Assembly (NCBI GenBank): GCA_904419745.1
Contig: CAJFSS010000007.1
Coordinates: 1-64,000 of the forward strand
Source: Candidatus Pseudoruminococcus merdavium
GTDB taxonomy: Bacteria; Bacillota; Clostridia; Oscillospirales; Ruminococcaceae
Length of the DNA stretch: 64,000 nucleotides
Direction of reading: 5' to 3'
This document shows, in pieces, positions 57,013 to 64,000 of the stretch. Position 1 is the stretch's first letter; each line of letters begins with the position of its first letter. The position numbers and the translations under genes were made by a program. A model generated the notes under the pieces. It searched no databases and had not been told where the DNA came from. It worked only from the letters and a program-made list of their open reading frames with translations.

Positions 57013-57798
57013 TTAACTGATTTTCAGCTGAAGGCGGAGTCTGTCGGCAATCATTGCGATAAACTCAGAATTTGTCGGTTTTCCCTTTCCATTGTGGATG
57101 GTGTACCCGAAATAAGAATTCAGCGTATCAACATCTCCCCTGTCCCATGCAACCTCAATTGCATGCCGGATAGCACGTTCAACACGGGATGATGTGGTAT
57201 CATGCTTTTTGGCAACTGTTGGATAAAGTTGTTTTGTCACAGCATTGATAATATCATGATCTTTGATGGCAAGGATGATTGCTTCACGCAGATAATGATA
57301 CCCTTTAATATGTGCGGGAACACCGATTTGGTGGATAATATCCGTCACAAGCATTTCCAAATCCGGTTCCAGCTGTCCCTGGTCAGCTGGGCCGACACCC
57401 AGGGTTTTGTGTACAGACGGTTGATGATACCCGGACAACTGAGCAATCCGTTCGGCCATAATTTCCATATCAAACGGCTTTAAAAAATAATAAGATGCGC
57501 CACACGAAAGCATTTCATGTTCCAGCATAGGATTGTCCACACTGGACATGACTAAAAACAGTGGGATCTTTCCTCCTGCTTCCCGAATGCGTTTCATAAC
57601 CCCGATAGCATCCAGATAGGGCATAAAAACATCCATCAGAACAATATCCGGGTGCTCGGCAAGAATTGTGTCGGTGACTTTGGTTCCGTCCTTTTGTGTC
57701 ATTAACGGCTCAAATCCGTAGGATTTTAATAAATTGCAGCAGATTGCGCCAAAATCCTTGCTGTCGTCTGCGATTAATACTTTTGGCTTGTTGTCCAT
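57013..57798 (-). CDS. spo0A: sporulation transcription factor Spo0A
   Basis: A receiver domain followed by the Spo0A-specific '0A box' effector region ([21 protein letters not shown]...[17 protein letters not shown]). Start is at [12 protein letters not shown]. Confidence 0.95.
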   Translation of the reverse strand: MDNKPKVLIADDSKDFGAICCNLLKSYGFEPLMTQKDGTKVTDTILAEHPDIVLMDVFMPYLDAIGVMKRIREAGGKIPLFLVMSSVDNPMLEHEMLSCGASYYFLKPFDMEIMAERIAQLSGYHQPSVHKTLGVGPADQGQLEPDLEMLVTDIIHQIGVPAHIKGYHYLREAIILAIKDHDIINAVTKQLYPTVAKKHDTTSSRVERAIRHAIEVAWDRGDVDTLNSYFGYTIHNGKGKPTNSEFIAMIADRLRLQLKIS

Positions 57799-57937
57799 GT
57801 TACTTCCCCCATTGGTAGTAGTTGTTGAGTACACGATTATATTACCATAATTTTACAGGTTATGCAAGGGGTTTCTGCCAAAAAATGTAAATTATTTTTG
57901 CAAGCCACCCCTTATTTCGCTTTACAACTCCACAAGG

Positions 57938-59155
57938 TCACTGCGTCTGCTGTTCTTCGATGATTTCCTGCGCACCATCCAGCATATTTTCAATGAAAAT
58001 GCCGTATCCACGTGTCGGATCATTGACAAAAACATGGGTAACTGCACCAACAATATGACCATTTTGGAGAATTGGGCTCCCGCTCATTCCCTGTACAATC
58101 CCACCTGTTTTTTCTAAAAGCGCAGGATCAGTCACTTTCACCACCATATTTTTGGTCTTGGCCTTTTCCGAATAACTGACCTTCTCAATTTTAATACTAT
58201 ACTTCTTTGGGGTATCGCCGTCAATAGTAGCCAGGATTTCTGCCTCGCCCTCCTGCACTTCCTGCTTGAGTGCAATTGGCATGGCCTCATGTCCGGTATA
58301 GGCTTCAAATAAAACCCCATAGATGCCGGTTTCCGTATTTTGCATCAGTCTACCAACATCCTGGGCACCGGCAAAACTGCCTCTTAATTCTCCGGGAGAA
58401 CCAGATTGTGCCTTTACCACATCATTGATGGAGACGTCCACAACTTCGCCCGTCATCAGCGGCATGATTTCCCCGGTATCCACATCACAGATAGCATGAC
58501 CAAGGCCCCCAAACACGCCGGATTGTGGACTATAAAAAGTCAAGGTGCCAATTCCCGCGGAACTGTCCCTTACCCACATGCCAGCCCGATATCCTGTATG
58601 CGAAACGGATACCACTGGGGTTAAAGTGGTCTCATAAGTCTCGTTTTTATGAATTGCAGTTATTTTCAATGGCTGGCCATTGCTGTTTTCCACCATTTCA
58701 GAAACCTGCTCGTTGGTATTGACCTGTTTTCCTTCAATCTGAGTAATTACATCGCCAACTTGAATCCCTGCCTGTTTGGCGGGATTTACTGTCCCATCCG
58801 CTGTTTCCACATCGGACATGGAAACCACCAGCACGCCCTGTGTAAACATTTTTACACCAAATGGCGTCCCACAGGGAACTACTGTTTGACGATCGACTAC
58901 ATCGACAGAAACTTTTTTTACGGGAACCATCCCAAACAGCTTGACATCAACCTGGTAACTGCCATTCGATGCCCCCCGCTGTTCGCTGCCTGTCACCGCC
59001 GAGCTTAAAAAACCAGTATTTCCAAAGGATAAAGTATCCCCTGAAAAAACACTATAATGATCTGCTAAGCTGGAACCTGTATAACCTACTGCCGCAAACG
59101 CCACTGTCGAAATTGCCAGTAAGGACGCCGCGGCTCTTTGAATCCATTTTTTCAT
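57938..59155 (-). CDS. spoIVB: SpoIVB peptidase (S55)
   Basis: A signal/anchor sequence, a PDZ domain (GIQVGDVITQIEGKQV) and an S55 peptidase domain. The spoIVB-spo0A gene order is conserved. Confidence 0.85.
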   Translation of the reverse strand: MKKWIQRAAASLLAISTVAFAAVGYTGSSLADHYSVFSGDTLSFGNTGFLSSAVTGSEQRGASNGSYQVDVKLFGMVPVKKVSVDVVDRQTVVPCGTPFGVKMFTQGVLVVSMSDVETADGTVNPAKQAGIQVGDVITQIEGKQVNTNEQVSEMVENSNGQPLKITAIHKNETYETTLTPVVSVSHTGYRAGMWVRDSSAGIGTLTFYSPQSGVFGGLGHAICDVDTGEIMPLMTGEVVDVSINDVVKAQSGSPGELRGSFAGAQDVGRLMQNTETGIYGVLFEAYTGHEAMPIALKQEVQEGEAEILATIDGDTPKKYSIKIEKVSYSEKAKTKNMVVKVTDPALLEKTGGIVQGMSGSPILQNGHIVGAVTHVFVNDPTRGYGIFIENMLDGAQEIIEEQQTQ

Positions 59156-59308
59156 TTCAATTCCTCCTGTGTAAAATGCCACACAGTTACTATGCCACGG
59201 TCGCATAGGAATTATCTCTGGAATTTGATTCGTAATTTGGAAAAAGCAATGTCACTTTTAGTAAATTATGGTATACTTTAAGAGTACTTTGCGAAGAGGT
59301 GATATGTT

Positions 59309-59674
59309 ATGAGAGTTGCTGTAGTCGGGTCGAGAAGCTGTGCAGAATTTTCTGTTTCCCAGTTGATTTCTTTTCTTCCCACTGGATGCTCTGAAATTGT
59401 CAGCGGAGGCGCCGTTGGAATTGATGCAGTTGCACAAGCGGCTGCACATGTTTTAGAAATTCCCATTAAAGTGTTTTTGCCAAAATTTGAAAAATACGGA
59501 AAAGGCGCCCCTTTAAAAAGAAATTTGGAAATTATTCAGTACAGCGATATTGTCCTGGCCTTTTGGGATATGAGATCCAATGGAACAAGACAGGTAATTG
59601 CAGAATGTATTCGCAGGCAAAAGCCGTTCCGCATAATCCCCCTTGAACCGAAATCAAAACGTAAGCAGCATTAA
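59309..59674 (+). CDS. SLOG-family (DUF2493) protein
   Basis: 121 aa with a Rossmann-like pattern starting MRVAVVGSRSC...GGAVGIDAVAQAAA. Confidence 0.6.
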   Translation: MRVAVVGSRSCAEFSVSQLISFLPTGCSEIVSGGAVGIDAVAQAAAHVLEIPIKVFLPKFEKYGKGAPLKRNLEIIQYSDIVLAFWDMRSNGTRQVIAECIRRQKPFRIIPLEPKSKRKQH

Positions 59675-59777
59675 CCGTCCGCCTTATCCGTCATATTGCT
59701 TTCCCGCCACGAATAAGCTTAAAAGGGACAACTTGATACAAGCTGTTTCACAAGTATGAAAATGGCGGTGAAGCAAA

Positions 59778-62444
59778 ATGAACAAGATTGAAAAGGAAGC
59801 CCTGCTTGGATTAACAAGTAGACAGGCAGAAAAAAATCTCAGAGAATATGGGGAAAATGTCTTGAAAGAGGGCAAAAAAATCCGTGCTGGGAAAATCCTG
59901 GCCTCCCAGTTTAAAGACGTTTTGACCATGATCCTGCTATTTTCCACAATTCTCTCCGTCATCATGGGCGAAATCACTGAAGCATTTACGATTATGGCAA
60001 TTGTTTTTTTAAATGCCTTACTCGGTTTTATGCAGGAATACAAGACCGAAAAAACAATTGCCGCACTGCGTCAAATGGCAGCTCCTACCTGTACAGTCCT
60101 GCGCGATGGGAGTCCCAAACAAATTCCTGCAAGCGAGGTCACAATTGGGGACATCATCCTGCTGGAGGAAGGGGATAAGATTCCCGCGGATGGGATTTTA
60201 TCGGAATGTTACGGACTTTGTGCAGATGAAGCCCTGCTTACAGGAGAATCCGTACCGGTTCATAAAAAGTCCTATGCCTTTGACAATTCCCCTCACGAAG
60301 CACAAAACGAAGTTTATATGGGTACAGTTGTCACAAAGGGGCGCGGAAGAATGCTCGTCACCGCTGTGGGAATGAACACCCAGATGGGAGAAATCGCTGG
60401 GATGCTCGGTTCGATTGAAGAAGAGCAAACCCCATTGCAAAAAAAGCTGGATCAGCTCGGCAAATATATTGCGATTGGCTGTCTTGTTATCTGCGCCATT
60501 GTCAGTATTACGGGAATCTTGCGCGGAGAAAATATTTTTGACATGCTGCTGACCGGCATTTCCCTCTCGGTTGCCGCCGTCCCCGAAGGACTTTCTGCCA
60601 TTGTCACCATTGTGCTTGCACTGGCTGTAGGAAGAATGGTAAAACGACAGGCATTGATCCGAAAACTCTATTCTGTCGAAACGCTTGGATGCGCAGACGT
60701 TATCTGTACGGATAAAACAGGAACTTTGACGGAAAACAAAATGACTGTAAAAAAAATAGCAGCGCTTTCCTTTACTGTTGACGTGTCCGGAAACGGATAT
60801 GATATGGAGGGCAATTTTACCAGCTCTGGAAATCCGGTCGTCCCCACCCGTTCCCCATTGATGCACACCCTGCTCAATTCTTTTGTATTGTGCAGCAACG
60901 CTACAATCTCCGAACCAAAATCTCATAAGAAGGGGAAAGGAGATCCCTCCATTGCAGGAGATCCTACGGAAATTGCCCTTGTAATTGCTGCAAAAAAGGC
61001 GGGAATCACCCGGGAAGAACTGGAACGCAGTTACCGAAAAGTGGGGGAAATCCCTTTTGATTCAGAACGCAAATGCATGTCCGTCATTTTTGCAGACCAA
61101 CAAGGCCGTATGACAATGTTCTCAAAAGGCGCCCCGGATATTCTTCTAGAAAAATGCTCCTTTACTATGATTGACGGCAAAACCGTGCCTCTCACCGCTT
61201 CTCATCGTGCGAAGATCCTTGGTCAAAACGAAGAGATGGCTAAAAAAGCATTGCGTGTGCTTGCTTTTGCATACAAATCCTGCTCCTCATCCCAGGAACA
61301 GGAGAGCGGGCTTGTCTATCTCGGATTATGCGGTATGATTGATCCACCGAGAAAAGAAGTCTTTTCCAGCGTCCGGGAATGCCGGCGCGCCGGTATCCGT
61401 CCAGTTATGATTACCGGGGACCACAAAACGACAGCGGCGGCAATTGCACAGGAAATCGGCATTCTCCGTCCAGGAGAGCAGGTCGTCTCCGGTGCACAGC
61501 TCGATGAGATGAGCGACGCCCAGCTTGCTTCCGCAGTATCCAATATCAGCGTCTTTGCACGGGTAAGTCCAAGCCACAAGCTGAGGATTGTACGCGCCTT
61601 CAAGCGAGCGGGGCATATTGTTGCCATGACAGGGGATGGTGTTAACGACGCCCCCGCCATTAAGGAAGCCGATATCGGCGTATCCATGGGACTTTCCGGA
61701 ACCGATGTCACCAAAGAAGCCTCCTCTGTAATTCTGCTGGATGATAATTTTGCCACTCTGGTGGCGGCTATTGAAGAAGGCAGGATCATTTACCGTAATA
61801 TCAGAAAATTTATCCGCTATTTGCTTTCCTGCAATATCGGGGAGGTTCTGACCATGTTTTTGGGAATGCTGATTGGACTACCGGTTGTCCTGCTCCCCAT
61901 TCATATCCTGATTGTAAATCTGGTTACGGACGGCTTACCTGCGATTGCATTGGGATTGGAGCCGGGCGACAACGATATTATGCGAGAAAAACCACGCAGG
62001 AGGGAAGATGGTATTTTCGCCGGGGGACTTGCAACCACGATTATTTTTCGCGGATGTATGATTGGTCTGACGACTCTTGCCGTGTTTGTTGCAATTTTCA
62101 AAATGACCCACAATGTAGACGCTGCACGCACTGCTTCCCTTCTGGCATTAGTGTTTACTCAGCTTATCCATGTATTTGAATGCAAGTCTGAGAAAAAATC
62201 ACTCTTCCAGATCAATCCTTTTAACAACATCAAGCTGATTTTTGCAGTCCTCATCTCTGGTACAATCGTTTTCGCAGTCGTCTATTTTCCACCTCTATCC
62301 GCGATTTTTAAAACCATTCCCCTGACTTTAACACAACTGGGCGTAACATTTGCATACATTGTGGCAGTTCCGTTTTTGGTTGCCCTGTTTTCACTCAGAA
62401 GGCGCCGTCCCAGCAAACGGTCTACAATTGAACAGGGAAAATAA
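59778..62444 (+). CDS. P2-type cation-transporting ATPase (Ca2+-ATPase family, YloB/PMR1-like)
   Basis: 888 aa. Motifs DKTGTLTEN and GDGVNDAPA. Ten-transmembrane-helix P2A/P2B architecture, with no heavy-metal motifs. Confidence 0.9.
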   Translation: MNKIEKEALLGLTSRQAEKNLREYGENVLKEGKKIRAGKILASQFKDVLTMILLFSTILSVIMGEITEAFTIMAIVFLNALLGFMQEYKTEKTIAALRQMAAPTCTVLRDGSPKQIPASEVTIGDIILLEEGDKIPADGILSECYGLCADEALLTGESVPVHKKSYAFDNSPHEAQNEVYMGTVVTKGRGRMLVTAVGMNTQMGEIAGMLGSIEEEQTPLQKKLDQLGKYIAIGCLVICAIVSITGILRGENIFDMLLTGISLSVAAVPEGLSAIVTIVLALAVGRMVKRQALIRKLYSVETLGCADVICTDKTGTLTENKMTVKKIAALSFTVDVSGNGYDMEGNFTSSGNPVVPTRSPLMHTLLNSFVLCSNATISEPKSHKKGKGDPSIAGDPTEIALVIAAKKAGITREELERSYRKVGEIPFDSERKCMSVIFADQQGRMTMFSKGAPDILLEKCSFTMIDGKTVPLTASHRAKILGQNEEMAKKALRVLAFAYKSCSSSQEQESGLVYLGLCGMIDPPRKEVFSSVRECRRAGIRPVMITGDHKTTAAAIAQEIGILRPGEQVVSGAQLDEMSDAQLASAVSNISVFARVSPSHKLRIVRAFKRAGHIVAMTGDGVNDAPAIKEADIGVSMGLSGTDVTKEASSVILLDDNFATLVAAIEEGRIIYRNIRKFIRYLLSCNIGEVLTMFLGMLIGLPVVLLPIHILIVNLVTDGLPAIALGLEPGDNDIMREKPRRREDGIFAGGLATTIIFRGCMIGLTTLAVFVAIFKMTHNVDAARTASLLALVFTQLIHVFECKSEKKSLFQINPFNNIKLIFAVLISGTIVFAVVYFPPLSAIFKTIPLTLTQLGVTFAYIVAVPFLVALFSLRRRRPSKRSTIEQGK

Positions 62445-62507
62445 ATTTCATGACCATTTCAATCCCCTTCTCAAAAACCTCAAAAAATCCTACTGCAACC
62501 AATTCAT

Positions 62508-62552
62508 AAAACATGGAGGACATCCTGATGATGGATGTCCTCCATGTTTTTT
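62508..62552. terminator. Bidirectional terminator: CATGGAGGACATCC-tgatgat-GGATGTCCTCCATG followed by TTTTTT
   Basis: A 14 bp perfect stem with a T-run, between the convergent Ca-ATPase (+) and MATE (-) genes. Confidence 0.85.
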
Positions 62553-62648
62553 AGCATAACGCAAAATTCAAATAATTCCCCGCTATCCTTTGGAAGAAAA
62601 TAAACACACAAATTCCGTTATTGCTTATGCTGGATGAAAAAGACAGTT

Positions 62649-63974
62649 TTATCGCGAGGGTTCTCTCTGTCTTTTTTTAATCATTATATAAAAAATTGCG
62701 CCGAGCACCGCCACCAGTGATTCTGTTGTGGGGAATGCGCACCATACGCCTGTTATCTTTCCAAGGAAAGATAACAGAAACGCCACAGGAATGATTACCA
62801 GAAATCCACGCAGAATAGAAATCACGTGGGCAGGTCTTGGACTCTCTGTAGAAGTAAAGTACACAGACACAATGATATTAAATCCTGCAAACGGGCATGC
62901 AATAAAATACAGGCGAAGACCCTGTGTGGCAATGTTCTGTAACATGGCATTTTGTTCGCTGTTAAATATATTCACTATTGGGGAAGCGCCAAAAAATATA
63001 CCGGAATAAATAAGAGCGGACACAATCAGCATGGTAATGATTGCATAACGCAGGATTGAATGGGCATTGGTACGGTTCCCCATTCCATAGTTGCGGCTGA
63101 CAATCGGTTGAATCCCCTGTGCAATCCCAGTATAGATGGCGATTACCACCAATGAAAGGTTCGCAATTACGCCATATGCAGCCACCCCAACATTTCCTTC
63201 CAGTTTTAGGATAATGGAATTGAATATGATCATGACAATACCGGAGGATACCTCTGTTACAAAAGACGGAACACCACTGGAAAGAATTCCAGCAAATACT
63301 CCCTCTTGTGGCCTGCATTTCACAAAATGAAACTGGTTTTTTCGGCGGATAAAATGAGGGGATAAAATCATCATACTGATAATCGGCGCCAGGCCTGTTG
63401 CAAAAACTGCACCGAAAATTCCCATCCGGCACGGAAAGATGAACACCCAGTCCAGCACCACATTAGATAGGCTGCCTCCAATCATGGCTGCCATGGAAAG
63501 CTGCGGCGCACCATCGTTACGTACAAAGCACAACAGCACATTGTTCATCAAAAACGCTGGGGAAAACAGTAAAATCACCTGTAAATAGGTTTTAGACATG
63601 TCAAAAACACTCTCATCAGCGCCAAAAGCCGAAATAATCGTATCGGACAGGAAAATACCAATGAAAACAAAAATAATTGCAAAAATAGCTGCAAGAAAGA
63701 CGGCGTTCATAAAAGTGCGGCTTGCAGCGCTATCCTCCCCCTGGCTCTTTTGGATAGAATATTTGGTTGCACCACCCATCCCGATCATAAGTCCACTTCC
63801 GTGAATAAAACTATAAATTGGGATTGCCAAATTTAAGGCAGTTAATCCATTTGCACCAAGTCCTTTTGATACAAAGAAAGTATCTGCAAGAATATAGCAG
63901 GACAGTCCAATCATCCCCATTACATTCAACGATGAATATTTGACAAAATCCTGAAAACAACTTGATTGTGACAT
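62649..63974 (-). CDS. MATE-family efflux transporter
   Basis: About 441 aa with twelve transmembrane helices and a MATE pattern. Start is at MSQSS. Confidence 0.85.
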   Translation of the reverse strand: MSQSSCFQDFVKYSSLNVMGMIGLSCYILADTFFVSKGLGANGLTALNLAIPIYSFIHGSGLMIGMGGATKYSIQKSQGEDSAASRTFMNAVFLAAIFAIIFVFIGIFLSDTIISAFGADESVFDMSKTYLQVILLFSPAFLMNNVLLCFVRNDGAPQLSMAAMIGGSLSNVVLDWVFIFPCRMGIFGAVFATGLAPIISMMILSPHFIRRKNQFHFVKCRPQEGVFAGILSSGVPSFVTEVSSGIVMIIFNSIILKLEGNVGVAAYGVIANLSLVVIAIYTGIAQGIQPIVSRNYGMGNRTNAHSILRYAIITMLIVSALIYSGIFFGASPIVNIFNSEQNAMLQNIATQGLRLYFIACPFAGFNIIVSVYFTSTESPRPAHVISILRGFLVIIPVAFLLSFLGKITGVWCAFPTTESLVAVLGAIFYIMIKKRQREPSR

Positions 63975-64000
63975 ATTCTCAAACCCTCCAAACAAAAAAA

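Noticed and set aside
1-64000. A search for a CRISPR array, tRNA or rRNA genes, an integrase or transposase, or a phage block flanking the metal and AMR cluster
   Set aside because: None was found. There is no regularly spaced repeat array, no cloverleaf-like tRNA candidate, and no ORF with DDE, tyrosine-recombinase or serine-recombinase signatures.

Overview
This 64 kb window is chromosomal DNA from a Gram-positive, spore-forming anaerobe, most likely a member of the Clostridia. Gene density is high, most genes are on the minus strand, and many adjacent genes overlap by a few bases. I found no rRNA or tRNA genes, no CRISPR array, and no transposase or integrase.

In order along the window:
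- msrA, followed by a 42 bp perfect palindrome.
- feoA-feoB with a small FeoB-associated Cys-rich membrane protein.
- Two tandem paralogous lipoproteins of unknown function.
- An operon of an HTH protein, NfeD and a flotillin.
- tig-clpP-clpX.
- A housekeeping run: metallophosphoesterase, M19 dipeptidase, yraN, rnhB, rbgA, lepB, rplS.
- A split TIGR03936 / TIGR03960 radical-SAM pair.
- A cluster of metal-homeostasis genes from about 20.3 to 33.8 kb:
  - a P1B-type ATPase with no N-terminal metal-binding domain, preceded by CsoR-like boxes;
  - csoR with two canonical operator boxes, and a copA that carries an in-frame C-terminal CopZ-like domain;
  - a Vat-family streptogramin A acetyltransferase;
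  - a P1B ATPase with the rare 'SCA' transmembrane motif (P1B-6-like), preceded by a YtxH-like small protein and a free-standing FeoA-like protein;
  - two ABC exporter half-transporters;
  - an MntR/DtxR-family regulator.
- A TPP riboswitch in front of thiW, and a PTP-like phosphatase.
- The [FeFe]-hydrogenase maturase operon: a TM1266-type regulator, then hydE, hydG and hydF.
- An orphan AgrC-like histidine kinase, divergent from a Cys/His-rich repeat protein.
- A GtrA / GT2 / GT-C glycosylation module.
- A lantibiotic-resistance-like module of ABC transporter plus two-component system.
- A 'sugar-transfer associated' ATP-grasp protein.
- A four-subunit 2-oxoacid:ferredoxin oxidoreductase.
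- A T-box leader in front of serS.
- A GNAT acetyltransferase that appears frameshifted.
- A sporulation block: spoIVB-spo0A, a SLOG protein and a Ca2+-type P-type ATPase.
- A MATE efflux pump.

The most interesting signal is a 16 bp inverted repeat, GTTAG-N6-CTAAC. It occurs upstream of feoAB and of the MntR-like regulator gene itself, and with one mismatch (GTTAT-N6-CTAAC) upstream of the feoA-like / P1B-6 ATPase genes. This suggests a metal-responsive regulon that has not been described, and it also suggests a substrate for the uncharacterised SCA-type ATPase.
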